A DNA stretch of 64,000 nucleotides from Phoronis australis (lineage: Eukaryota > Animalia > Phoronida). The notes beneath the pieces were generated by a model. That model ran no database searches. It was given only the letters and a program-made list of their open reading frames with translations, and was not told where the DNA came from. The DNA lies in contig NMRA01000615.1 in assembly GCA_002633005.1 (NCBI GenBank), forward strand, positions 62,001-126,000. The letters are read 5' to 3'. The position numbers and the translations under genes were made by a program. Shown here one piece after another: positions 1 to 12,700 of this stretch; positions within the stretch are counted from its first letter, which is position 1, and each line of letters opens with the position of its first letter.

Positions 1-283
1 AGTTAGTGACTTACGGACATTTTCGAAATCGTATGAGTTGCTAAATTAGCTACAGTTGACATCTGCTGCTCTTCAATCCAGTTCCCACCGAAAGGGTGCC
101 GGTAAAGAATACTGCGCTTGTTTCGTGCATCCTTATTTTAAACAAGAGTGTATCATGATTTTGAAACGTTCGAAATGCACTGGAAAAAATGTAATAACAA
201 GTAACTACGGAGATCAAGGGCTGAGGTCAAGTATTGGCCAGTGATGTCGATATTTGCTTTTGTTATTAAATAGGCGTCGTAAA

Positions 284-708
284 ATACGCAATGTCCAAAA
301 ACGAATTAACGTTGGAAAACGGGTTCAGGAATTATAGTTTGAAGGCTTAAATTTTTGTGCCCAAGAAGAACACCGCTTCTTCACAAAAATCAGAAAAGCT
401 AAAAACTATGTAAAGTGTACAAACTTTATATACGATATGAGTTTTGAGGATTTTTAGTACGGGATTGGTCATTTTTGGTGGAGATAAACCCGGAANATAC
501 GCAATGTCCAAAAACGAATTAACGTTGGAAAAAGGGTTCAGGAATTATAGTTTGAAGGCTTAAATTTTTGTGCCCAAGAAGAACACCGCTTCTTCACAAA
601 AATCAGAAAAGCTAAAAACTATGTGAAGTGTACTAACTTTATATACGATATGAGTTTTGAGGATTTTTAGTACGGGATTGGTCATTTTTGGTGGAGATAA
701 ACCCGGAA
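284..708. repeat. 213-bp direct duplication split by a single N (probable assembly overlap of two haplotypes)
   Basis: 284-495 and 497-708 are near-identical (about 3 substitutions), joined exactly at N496. Confidence 0.85.
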
Positions 709-1099
709 GAGTAGTTTCTCGGGCCTGAAGTTCAGAACACCCGAACATAGGTTAATCGCGTACACCGCAGTCAAAGATTGCCATGTAAACTTACAAATGG
801 TAAGTTTAACGATTCGTGTTTATGTATTATTATTTTTATTGTGTAATTGGTATAACAGCCAACAGACCAACTCCTACAGGTATTGCGACTTGCTGAGTTT
901 AATTCATTTTACATCTTAAACGCTCCTGAGTGATCAGTTATTATGAACCTCTCTCTTTGATTGCCTTTCGTAATTATCTTTGTCGTCATTGTCATAATCA
1001 CCGTTATCACGTTGTTAAAAATGGTCCATGTCTTGGACTTTTTCCGAATGACGTAACCACGAAGGTAATTTAGCACTTGAAGTTTTACAAAATTATGTG

Positions 1100-1208
1100 T
1101 TAGGATTAATCGGTGTGCCCTCGCTGTGTGTCCCCAGGGAGTTGAGAAGGATTTCGATGGCGAGGTAATAATTTTCGAAGTGTTTAGTAATTACAGCGCT
1201 ACGTAAAT
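1100..1208 (+). mobile_element. Degenerate SINE 3' remnant
   Basis: CCCCAGGGAGTTGAGA core and GCGCTACGTAAAT tail resemble Deu-type SINE bodies with L2-like tails; recognised by eye only. Confidence 0.3.
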
Positions 1209-1211
1209 CTG

Positions 1212-1600
1212 GGCCGGGTTCTAATCTTTTTACACAAAATGGATTTCGAAATTATGTTTGGCATTTTCTACTCTACTTTTGTGCGAACTCAAGATAAGTG
1301 TCCATTATTCTATGGTCGAGTACACAATGTTTTACGTGGATAATTTTTAGTCCTAGTTTGCAGTACCCAAGTTTGAGGCTTAAAGTTTGAGTTTGAAATC
1401 AGAATTTCGAGATTTTATTCGAGTTTGTAGCACGAATATAAGAATCATCAAGTGTAAACGCGGACTAAAAGCTCATATGCCTAAACTATAATGTATTGGA
1501 GCACGGTCTAATTAGCTAATAGCCACTTAGTTACCTTGAGTTCGCGCAAACGTAGCACAGAAATTGCCAAATGCTGATTATTTCGATTAGATTCTGAGCC
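1212..1600. mobile_element. Foldback MITE, PIF/Harbinger-like (CTG TSD)
   Basis: GG...CC termini flanked by CTG on both sides; long imperfect inverted arms (TTTGGCATTTTCT...GCGAACTCAAG versus CTTGAGTTCGC...AGAAATTGCCAAA). Confidence 0.65.
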
Positions 1601-2075
1601 CTGGCCTCATTATTACCATCCCATCTAATTTTGTCATGAGTTAACTTTTTCCAAGACGTCAAAATGACGTGACACTAAATAAGCAAATAGAGATTTGACC
1701 AAAGACAGCCGTCACTGCGAGTTATACGTTTACGAGCTTGTGGTAACCTGTTCATGAATGGCACGTTTATCTTTGATGTTTGTGACACGTGACGTGTTCC
1801 TGTTTTTCCGGTGACATCTGATAGCTTAAACGACTGCAGTGTTGATGACAAACTTGCTAATAATCAGATTGCTACTGATTTGATGGTCAAGTACTGATGA
1901 GCTATTGAAATGGTATAGGAGCGATCATACATTGCGCAGGCGCTCGAATTTCCCGATGACTCGTAACCATATATAAGAAACATACATGTAAAGGTTGGAC
2001 ACTAAAACTTTGCCAAGCCGAGGCTCCCAACTTCAGCTGTCTAAAATCCAAGTGAACTCTCCGAGGAGCAACAAC

Positions 2076-2393
2076 TGGCGAAATTAACCAAAAAGATGAC
2101 GATAAAGATGATGACGAAGATGACGCATATGACGACGATGGTGGCGAGGATGAACAATAGAAGTAATAATAACATACACATGACGAACACAGAAGTCAGA
2201 AATCAGTAAGAAACAGGCTACAGTCTTGAGCGACACTTGGCGAAATTAACTGAAAAGACAACTACGGAAATGATGACGATGATGACGAAGATGTCGAATA
2301 TGACTATGGTGGGGGCGATGATGAAAAAACATCATGACATTCATATGACGAACTTAGATGTCATAAATCAGTAAGAAATAGGCTACAGTCTTG
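2076..2393. repeat. Two diverged tandem copies (~162 bp) containing degenerate (GAT/GAC)n
   Basis: TGGCGAAATTAAC...AAATCAGTAAGAAAYAGGCTACAGTCTTG starts at 2076 and again at 2238. Confidence 0.85.
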
Positions 2394-5300
2394 TTCAATT
2401 GAAGCTTAACCAACATCAATGCTGTAAGAGCGTTCAACAAAGGAACAGCGCTATCAGAAAATCTCGAATAATTCGAAAAGTAGACGCTCTAGCGAAAAAT
2501 GGCAAACATCTTCTGAAAGCCCGTTCAAAATTCTATCTCAAGTGATGGTATCGCCTAATTCCGTAAATTTTTAGAAAGAAATGAAATTTTGCGTTTTTTT
2601 AAGAATTTCCAAGTCAAATAACTCGAAAACGAGAAAAAAAATGTTACAGGTCATTTGAAAGGCCATACTTCAAAGAATCCACATGCAAAAAATCACGTCT
2701 TTTTCTCTTCCCGTTTAAAATCGCACTCCAGCACGACTGAAAATGGGTCAACATGCTCCAGATCCGCCATCTTGAAAGCAACTTCCGGTTTTTTGGCTCT
2801 GTATAATAGCATGTCATAAGAAACTAATACCTGTAAAAATTCTAAGGAATTGGTCTTAATAATGCACCCTCTACAGGAGAAAACGTTTTAGGCCAAAATC
2901 GAGGTGAGCATGCGCGATCGCCGATATTTCCGCCATTTTTAGCCGGAAGTAAACAATTTCCAGTATACTTGTAGCACACTTTCAGTCTATTTACTTTGCC
3001 GATTCTTAGCCTTGTATGTAAAAAATTGTAGCCTCCAGAAGCATTTGAACCTTTAAATGAAAACAAAATTTCCGCCAAAGCCGCCATCTTGGATTCGATT
3101 ATGACGAAAAACAATAGGCTTCCAGTACTTCCGGAAATACGTGTTATGTGTAAATTTCGTGATGATCGGAGGAAAATTGCGACCTGTATCGTGCGAACAA
3201 ACAAAAGCGCCTGTGATACATTGTTGCTTCCAAAATCGGAAAATTTGAACAAAACTTCCAGTTACTTTCATTCATGTATCATGTTAACATCGGTATGTTA
3301 AGTTCTTCATCGCCACGCACAACACCTTTAGACCCCTCAGTGTACAATACTGATAGCATGCGTACATGTGCCTGCGAGTAAAATTATTAGCTCTGTTAAA
3401 GTACCAGTTTCGGTTTTTGACGACTGAGATAGGAGCTGGAAATGGCATTGAATCCACTATTTGCTGTTATCGATATCGATTTTACCCTAAATCAATACAA
3501 TTTATTACTTTTATTTATTAATATGATATAGTTACAGTTACCATCCCTCTATTACGAATCAATTAAAATTTTGATGAACTTCACCAGTTCATGCCAAATA
3601 CTACCAAATGCGTTGCTTCAGTAATCCAGTCGTGTTTTCGGCCATTTTGGGTAGGTGAAGTGCAGATGCACTTAAGTGTCTCTCTGTGACGGCAAAATTG
3701 GCCTGCGGAAAGTGATACGACAAAGGCATTCATAACCGCGATCTGAGAGCAAAATGACAAAAGGCCTTCCCATTGCTCGTCTGTCCGTTGTATTTCTTGA
3801 GTTGGCCCTTTCCGTTTGAAGGTCGATCTTTTTCATTTACCGCCCTTTGCATTTTTGAGAATGTCCTTCCAGTTGGTCAGTATGGTGATAAAGCCTGATG
3901 ACTGAGATTACGACAATGGTGTTCGTGTTCCAAGCGTCTAGGCCTACTAATCATGACATCTTCGTTCTTTGTACTATCTTCATCATCGCCATCATCACCA
4001 TCACGTCATCGTCATCGTCATAACCACTACCACCGAATCAATATAGATTACAAAATACTTCTAGCGACCAGTTCACCACATAAGTGTTTGGATTGATCAA
4101 AAAGTATGTAGTTGGGAGATAACTCCACTTATTCCTTCAAATCTCACCCAACATATTAAGAAATTATTTATAAATTGTCTCGGAACTAAACGAGCTGGGA
4201 AGAATGACCCTGACTGTACAAGTTGGCGTGTCACGGCGGGTCTTTTCATGGGCCGGGTATAAACTAAAGGATAAGGAACTTTACGTTATCATCACAGTAA
4301 TGAACAAGCTGAAACTAAACTGATGGCAGGTTTGTAGCCGCTGAACAACAGATATATCTTCACTCATAAATGATAGAAGTAAAATAAATGCCACTTATTT
4401 ATTGAACCAAACTAGTTGAAACTCGATCACACTGAAGCAATATGATAACGGTGCAGAGAATTGCTCTGCAGGATGAGCCATTATACCTAGACTTATATAA
4501 ACCTATATCTATATCTATATCTGTATACATGTAGATATATATCGACGCATTATTTAAATAAACATTAAATGTAATAAAGAAGAAATCACACACATTTAAA
4601 GGACTAACATATTCACAAAAAACAAAACACAAAGATCTCAGCAAAGCGGAAAAATCAAATCAAATGTTTATTACAACATTTAAAATGAAACCACTCGAGG
4701 ATTTGGAGTAATAAAGCATTACATCATTAATTTAATCTGCGTTCACCGTTAAATAAAAAGTGAGCTTTTTCACACTTAGTGCAAAGATTATCAAAATAGC
4801 CCAGCTCATTGGATTGGAGGCTGCGAAAGAGCTGTTCACGATCCACGTTTTAGACGGGGAACGTGAGCAAAGTAAGCCTCGCATCAGTTACATCACAGAT
4901 ATAGTTATTAGTAAAGTTGATAAAATTATGATAAAACTTTTGTTAGTTGAGGTATAAACCCCACTCTCAACTTTTTATCACGAGATATACAAAATTTAGT
5001 GATGGAACGAGGGGTTAAGGGCACTTAAGAAATGGCGCAACTTTTTAACAATGACATTGATTGGACTACTTTAAGTACCAGTGGTAAACTACATGTATTC
5101 GACAAAAGTGACACGGCTTTTGAATACACCACATACACCAATAGCTAACAAAATCCCCCTGGCAAGTAATCGGCGTTCACGGTAATCGGCGTAAGTGTGA
5201 TTTACACGGTTGTAATAGATGAGTGAGAGATATTTTGTTGTAAGGTATTGCAGTAATTAACGTTAATTGGCTACCGAAGGAAGGTAATTGCCTTAGCACT

Positions 5301-7724
5301 TGGGTCTTGTCGTACGTACGCTGAGGGGATTTACGCTCACTGGGTAAAAGAAACCCAAAAACCGAGGCGCTCGCCTCTCCAGTCCTCCCTAAGTAGTAAA
5401 ATCCTCACGGATCAGTCTCCCATCGATTTCAATTATCAGCTGAGCTCATTCAAAGGCACTCAGCTTTTTTCTGCGCTTGCTGTTGGATACAGCACCATGA
5501 TTATTGAGCTTTGAGAGAAGGGCAATGTGGAGGACCTTATCAAACGCTTTACTAAAATCGAATACGGATGTCAGTTCGCCCGCCGTGTTTGCGCGTGGTC
5601 GGCAACAAGCTCGATAGTAAATTTAGTGAGTTGGCTTCGACAAATGTTGCTGGTTACGATTTGGTATCTTTAAGAGATCCTACATGCTTCACAATGAAAC
5701 TGGTGGCATTGTGTTCGTTAATTTAAAAAATCAGTTGGTCGTACGAATCGATAACTGGCCGGCGTTTGCAAAACGACAATGAATCCGTCGCAAGAAATTA
5801 GTGCAGTGTCAATGTCCGATCGTGTAGACATCTTCACATTTTGTTGTTTTATTATAAAGGTCGTGACTAGGGCATTTGGAATTCTATGGAATCGGTCTCA
5901 GTTGTTTGCTTTCCACAGAGGAGTTTATATCCCTGGCTAAAAAGAACTTCCAATGCTTTCATTTACTACAGCGTCACTAAAAACGCCCCAGAACATTACT
6001 TGAAGGGCTAGTATTTTCATGGCTTAACAGCTTCTATCCAACCGCAGGGTGTATCTCAATTCTAAGTTGATAAAGTACATAGTGCTTGATGAGAATTCAT
6101 TCATGTACAGCTTGATAAGCTTCGTGAGTATATTTCAATCACAGTAAGGAGAAAACTACCTTTAATCAAACCGAGAACATAGGGCAAATTTTCTAAAATG
6201 ACCTCTGAAATCACCAGTATAAGAATTAATCTACTAAATCATAAATCAAGTGCTCCTGACGCGGCGTGGAAATTTCAGGTACATGTATGTCACCAAAAAT
6301 GCTTTAAAATTACTTTTGAGCTACGCACTCTGTTAAAACAACAGTAAATTTGATTCGCAGAAAGCATTTTTTCGGTTCGGTGCCATTTTTCAGGAGCATT
6401 TTACCGGCGTAAGCATCCTTATCAACTGAAAAAACACATCCTTTGCGCGGTTAGTTCGCTCCAAGAAGTAAGCAACTATTAATGGCAATATTGGCAACGA
6501 TGTCTTTTGCGCAGTGAACCGATATTAGTTTTCTGGTCAAGCACGTGCAATCACAACGGGCCAACAGAGACTAACCATGGTCACGCCATAAGAATGTAGA
6601 CCTTTCAAGGTAAAGCGGCGGCAAATCTGTCTTCACTGGCGGAGCCACAAGGTGGCGCAACGTCATGTGAATGCTGTAGTAATTTATAGATGAATTTCTG
6701 ATAATAACCGAAATCCCAGACAGTATGTACATTTTACGTGTGGTATCAGTATGATGTGCGATGTTGTGTTGTTTCCCTTAGTTTTTAACATCACTTAAAT
6801 GGAAACAGTCTCTTCAACGATGTCCCTTAAGGAACAGCACTTTACAATAATGGAAAGTGTTTCGAAGCACAAAACTGTGTTTCTACTGCTCTACTGTTAC
6901 ACGTATCAAATTCCGGCAGATTCGTGACAAAATCTCGACATGTATTTTGTCGAAATCACGAAATACGGCTGTCTGATTCCGCCAAAAGGTTCTTCCAGGT
7001 TTGACGGATTCTGTCATAATTCTGTCGGAGACCGGCAGTGTTGTGCATTGGCGCACTACCTAAGCCATGGAGTTTGTGATTATAACTGCTCAACAATTAG
7101 TTAACTTACCTGATTTTCCACTCACATTGGAAATAGTCGTCATAAGGAAGACAGCGCATAACCAATACAGGAATGGTTTCACTCGCCACATTACGCTGAA
7201 ATGTACATAAAATATGGTTTAACATGCGCAGGTTTGCAGGTCTCTCCCAAATCGCTACCTGTAGTCGATTAATCGATTTTTAGTAGTCGGCGCCTGATGC
7301 CACGTGCACTCTCAGGCAAGCACGCACAACTCGGTCACGTGTACACACCAGGGACGATAATAATTTAGCTAAGCGCACGCCCTCTTGAGACTAACTCGTG
7401 TTCTTTTTATTTAGGATGTTAAAGGGATCCAACTATTTCCGCAGTACGGAAGTAATCCTACTAGGAATAGGGATTGTTTGGAAGTACTTCGTGCCCGGAG
7501 ACGTACATGCACTGGACTTGCGAAAATACAAGATCGTGCATGTCTTCGAGAAATTTTGCTATACATGTACATTACAAGCGAAGCTTTAAACGTGAAATTG
7601 TTGCGTCTCATTAACTCAGCCAAGTATCAGGGCTCGACGCAAATTACCGCGCCTCTACATAGGTTGCAATTTGATCTGAACTTAAATCTACAGAGACTCA
7701 GCTGTTCAAGAAATGTGGAGACTA

Positions 7725-7975
7725 GGGCCCAGAGTCTGGTCTTTGCACTCAAAACAAATTTCCTATTTAGTTAAGGCCATTCATTGTGAAAATCTATTAC
7801 TCTGCGCTCGAGTTCATTGTGGTTAATCTTAGTCTGCACTTGTCGATGGCCCTAGCAATACGACTATAAGTTCGAGTCAGAAATGTTTACTCGAGTTTAG
7901 ACGTACGTGTAACTAAGTGTGAACACGTACCAAAATCTCATCTGTATATACCATAACTTTGCATGAAACAGACCC
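7725..7975. mobile_element. Diverged relative of the Harbinger-like MITE family at 1212 and 10513
   Basis: GGGCCCAGAGTCTGGTCT start resembles the family terminus; shares CTCGAGTT/AACTAAGT/CCATAA internal motifs. No clean TSD. Confidence 0.4.
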
Positions 7976-9559
7976 CTGAGCATTATTGAAGTGCAGACAT
8001 CGTAACTTGATGTTATGTTTTGGAATGGCATTCTGTTTCAAATTCAAGTTTCCAACCTTTAGCATTATGCTTACACTCATAATTCTCTTTCATCGGAGGA
8101 CTTGTAGAGGGCAATAGTTGGGGCTTTTTGTTTGTTTTAGTACCCTGAGTCAGCGTTAGTGGTCATACTTGGTAAACAATATGTCCGAGTGAACTTTTTC
8201 ATTGTTTCAGCGGGAGCTTTTCTCTTAGCTAATTTGACTTATTTCAGATAGAAATTTGTGATTTCGGATTGACCCATGCATACAATTATAGTTGCGTGGG
8301 TCCACAAATGTTAAAAAGATTATCAGGTTTAGTATAAAATGAGACTTGGGAACTAGTGATTAAAACGTCAAGGTGGCAACTTGAGAGCCTAATCATTGAC
8401 AACTAAGTTAACTACTGGCTTAATTATTGGTTGTCCCTAGAGTATAATTTTGATTGCTTGTGTGCAGGAGAGGTTACTCGATATGAACGCCTTTCCGGCA
8501 ATAGTGAAGCGTGGTTGTGACGGATGCGACCACACACTTTTCAATTACACGTTTCTGTTCTCCGACCGCGGGGAGGGGGCCTGTGGTGGCCTGAAGCCAC
8601 TCGCCAGAACATGGCACGAGCTTGACTGAGAACGACACCAGGATACACAACAAGTCTCATGGGTTTAGGTCCACCCGTTGATTTTCCTTGCACTACATGA
8701 GACAAAGGTTTTAGTTCAGTCCTCATTAAGAATCAACTTTGGTGGCAAAGGGGAACCGGATTTTGCAAATCAGTTGGAAGCCGTCATTCAGTGGAGGAAA
8801 CTTCATCTCTCTACAAATCTATGAGTATGGGCAAAACTTGTTATATAATAACGATACGCATACACGGGCATCTTGGAATTTACCTCTGGGGCAGCATGTG
8901 CTTCTCAAACCACATATAAGTAGCAATTGCGATTTTAAATTTTATTGTAATCCTATATTCGTCCATTACCTTAAACCAAAAAGGCACAGCTGGTTCTGCT
9001 ATATATTCTGACTCAGTTTAAGACATGTGTGTCTCACTGATTGGCCTCGTGTGTAATTTGAAGAGCTACACAAACGCACATAGGCAAGTGCAAGCAAGAT
9101 TTGAAAAGCCATGATTTGCCAAGTGATTCGGGATTAACCATGTAAAATATACACTGGGGAGTGCTCGATAAGTCTACAAGCCTTGGTTTAACCACTGAGA
9201 TGACAATATATACCGTGAGTGATCCCCACCATGGCGGTGGAAAATACTGCAATAAGTGTATTTTGGCGTGGGTGTTTGTTGTATACATTCACATATGGCA
9301 GCTGAGCGAATCAACAAAGTAAAGAGAATTGTATTTTTGTTTTGTTAGACCCCATGTAATTTCGCGCGTGCACCAAACACGAACTTGTGCGGAAAGCGTC
9401 GACTCAACCAGTTCTTGTGGGTGCAGCAACTGCAAGCCATGAAGGCACTTGCCAATAGATAGAGCAGCTTACTGATGCATTTCTCGACATCAACTAATCT
9501 GAGTGTTTGATTGTTATTGTACAGCCAATCCGAATGTCCCAATTTTACTTCGTTCTGTC

Positions 9560-9950
9560 ATAGACTATAGGACATAGACCGCCAACTCCGTATATTTTCG
9601 ATGGACGAAATCTGCCCTTTTACGCACAAGCCATTACGTCATTATTCAATAGCGACACCTGGCCAAATTATCGAGTTTTATTTCCGGCAAGTACGTCGTC
9701 TGCTAATCATGGTCGGCTGTTGTGTGGTCGGGTGTTAATACTAGCGATGCCAACAGTTCTACTATTAAAAGACTTTGAACAGCGTTTCAATGTCGAAATT
9801 AATTTTTTCTGTTGTACTGGACACTAAAATAGATGCAAGAATTCCCCTTCACAATACACTAAGTGAGAACTGAAACAAAAATTTGGAGAATGGCGCCTAC
9901 CGTAGGATACTACGCAAGAAAATGTCGGAGTTACGAATCTGATGTCTATA
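9560..9950 (+). mobile_element. Non-autonomous DNA transposon with CATAGAC terminus and a THAP-like start remnant (MVGCCVVGC* at 9709)
   Basis: The 5' end matches the reverse complement of 61852-61908; the right end GTCTATA approximates the inverted terminus. Confidence 0.55.
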
Positions 9951-10512
9951 ATATATGATTCTGTTAACAAATGAGAACTCATTCTTTACGAGCAATTCAC
10001 AGTACTACTCGTAGTACTGGGAAATAGTGTAGCGATCATGCCTCCGTTTCCTATGGCGAGGCTAAAAAACGATCCAAAACGAATTGCTACGTATGAAGAC
10101 AAGACTAAGCTGAATAACTTATATTTTTCGTGGAAATTCAAAGCATCCCATGCGATATTCTGTAAAACATGCGGACGATACGTACTAGCAGACATCTCTG
10201 AGACAATCGCATAATACGTAATGTTGTCACATTATCAAAAGTAGAGGTCTAACTAGTTTGTATACTTGTACACATGGGTACCACAATTGACGGCAACAAG
10301 TGAAGTTTTGAACTCAACACGTTCCAAACTTGCCAAGGGACTGCTACATGTTAGTAGTTGAACTACCATTCGCTTGAAGCTCTGAATCGTGGTGGATCGT
10401 CTACTTTACAATCAAGTCTGTTCAACGCGGGACCAAATTCCCATTCAATAAACACTGTTTTGAGGACACCAGAATTGCAACCCACGCCCACCGTTATTAT
10501 TTTCAAAATCTG

Positions 10513-10879
10513 GGCCTGTTGTCTAAGCCTTGAACTCGATTTTTTATATTTTCCCGCTTTGCTTTTGCACGAACTCGAGAAAATCGTCTACATCAATGTC
10601 TGTTACATGTAATTATGGTTTAGGCTACACGTATGAGTGTTTGGCACAAGTTAGCATTTGATAACCCCTAGAATCTATTTCAAAACTCGAGTAAAATTTT
10701 GACGTTGTGAACTGAGACTCGAACGAATAGTCACCAAGCGCAAACTAAGTGAAGAGAATTTTTTCACCTAAAACCATAATGTATATCTAAATGTATCCTG
10801 AGTTCGCACAAAAGTAGAACGAAAAGTGTTGAAACTAATCTGGTTTCGGATTTCGAATACAGAGATTAGACTCCGAACC
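10513..10879. mobile_element. Foldback MITE, PIF/Harbinger-like (CTG TSD), same family as 1212-1600
   Basis: CTG|GG...CC|CTG; inverted arms TTTTGCACGAACTC and GAGTTCGCACAAAA; ends ATTAGACTCCGAACC. Confidence 0.65.
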
Positions 10880-11699
10880 CTGGTAGCAAAAACTCAAATC
10901 AAAGAAAATTAAATGCTTAGAAAAATATTCTACTACATCGACAACAAATGCCATTATACCATATTTCCAGTAATGCAGCGTTCACCGTAACTGTCAATTT
11001 TTGACACTTTTGTGCCGCAAGTGTCTGCAGGTCGTCATATCAAGATATCGCAAACCTGAGAGTCCAGTAGAAGTATTATCAAGCACACCATTGTTCTATC
11101 TTTCCCTATTACAATACTATTACAATGCAATTGTTATTGCAGTTATATTAACTGACAAAACAATGTGCAAAATTAGAATAACAAGACATAAAAGATATGA
11201 TACTGTACAACAACGAGGGCATGATACACCACGTTTAAGGAAATGATTTTAATAAAACTTGACGTAAACTGCAAAAAAACAAAGTGCACTCGTATGTTGA
11301 AATGCATAGACTACTCAAAGCCACTTTACACTGACGCGTTCCGTCAAACAAACAAAATTTTGATTTGGGCCACTTGTACAAGTAGGTATAACACTGGTTA
11401 CACAATGTCTCACAACTGTTCCTACAATGTAATACAAGTGAGAAATGGTTTCTGGATTTAGAAATCAATAACACTCGGTTTTCTTTAAGACAAGTCACCT
11501 TGTATGGACCTTGTCGCGAGAAACAACGCACTCGTAGTTGCTTCCAACACTTGGAATTTGACTACGAAGCAGTTTCAGATTACTTTCAGAATTGTAAATG
11601 GCCTACTAAACTAGAACTTATTATTGTGACGGTCGCTTGTTTATCAAGTTTGTAATCACTTCAACCCGTGCTCTTTTGGAGTTTTTGAAACGTCTCTAG

Positions 11700-11832
11700 C
11701 ATGGGCGGCGCAGCACTGGAAACTGAAAGGCCCCCTGTGGTGCACTGCCCATACAACGTGGGCGGCGCAGCACTGAAAAAAGTGGGGGCTATAGCCCCCC
11801 CCCCCCCAGTTCCCTATGGTGCGCCGCTCATG
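11700..11832. mobile_element. 133-bp MITE, 13-bp TIR, 5-bp TSD TCTAG (hAT5-like)
   Basis: CATGGGCGGCGCA ... TGCGCCGCTCATG, with TCTAG at 11695-11699 and 11833-11837; internal duplicate of the left end near 11758. Confidence 0.85.
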
Positions 11833-12410
11833 TCTAGTAATATCAAACTAAGATAAAATAAGTTTGACATGAAACACTTAACTAAGCTATGAGCTCCATC
11901 CTGGAAACAGTCGAATTTAGGGAAATTAGAAGTTTCAACTCGCAAATAAATCGCCATCGCACACGTACGTGCTCCAACACAAGCCACTTTTCCACGCACA
12001 TTAGCATTCACGCTATTGAAACAATCATATTATTGTTTACATGTACCTCATCAGATCTTGTTTTCCTTCTGTGTGCACCTTCTTAGCACCGTGGCTGGAC
12101 GACAAATGCTGTAGATCAATCTAGTTTTGATAGTTATGTATGCCAACAAGCAAGGCAAGAACGCTCGACGAGGGAACCTACGCGACGCAAATTACTAAGC
12201 GAAGTCGTAACTTTCCGGCTGCGCGAACGTTAGCACTTAATACCTTTGTCATGCGTAGGATGCGTTTTTTTTTTTCTTAATTGGTCGGAATAAACAAGTT
12301 TACTGTCCGTTCAAACGTATCCTTTCCCTATGTTTAGCTATCAATGGGTTGTAATTAAAGCTATGTAAAGATTACCACGCTCATCCGGTCTTGGAATAAT
12401 TGTGGCCGAG

Positions 12411-12449
12411 TGATGACGGTGATGGTGACGGTGACAATGATTATGGTAG

Positions 12450-12490
<41 letters not shown>

Positions 12491-12526
12491 GTGATATTGA
12501 TGATCGTGATGATGATGATGATGTTA

Positions 12527-12560
<34 letters not shown>

Positions 12561-12611
12561 CGATGACGATGACGATTATGGTAATGGGGATAGTGATGAT
12601 GATGATTATAC

Positions 12612-12662
<51 letters not shown>

Positions 12663-12700
12663 GATGAGCATGATGATGATGTTGATGATGATGTTGATGC
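12411..12700. repeat. (GAT)n microsatellite with interruptions
   Basis: Directly visible; produces the spurious poly-D and poly-M ORFs. Confidence 0.98.

Noticed and set aside
284-708. 213-bp tandem duplication as a biological repeat
   Set aside because: The copies abut exactly at a single N, typical of unmerged overlapping contig ends.
2842-3252. 136-aa minus-strand ORF (likewise 30884..31345 and 58103..58585)
   Set aside because: No recognisable motifs; they lie in or across repeat-like or intronic sequence.
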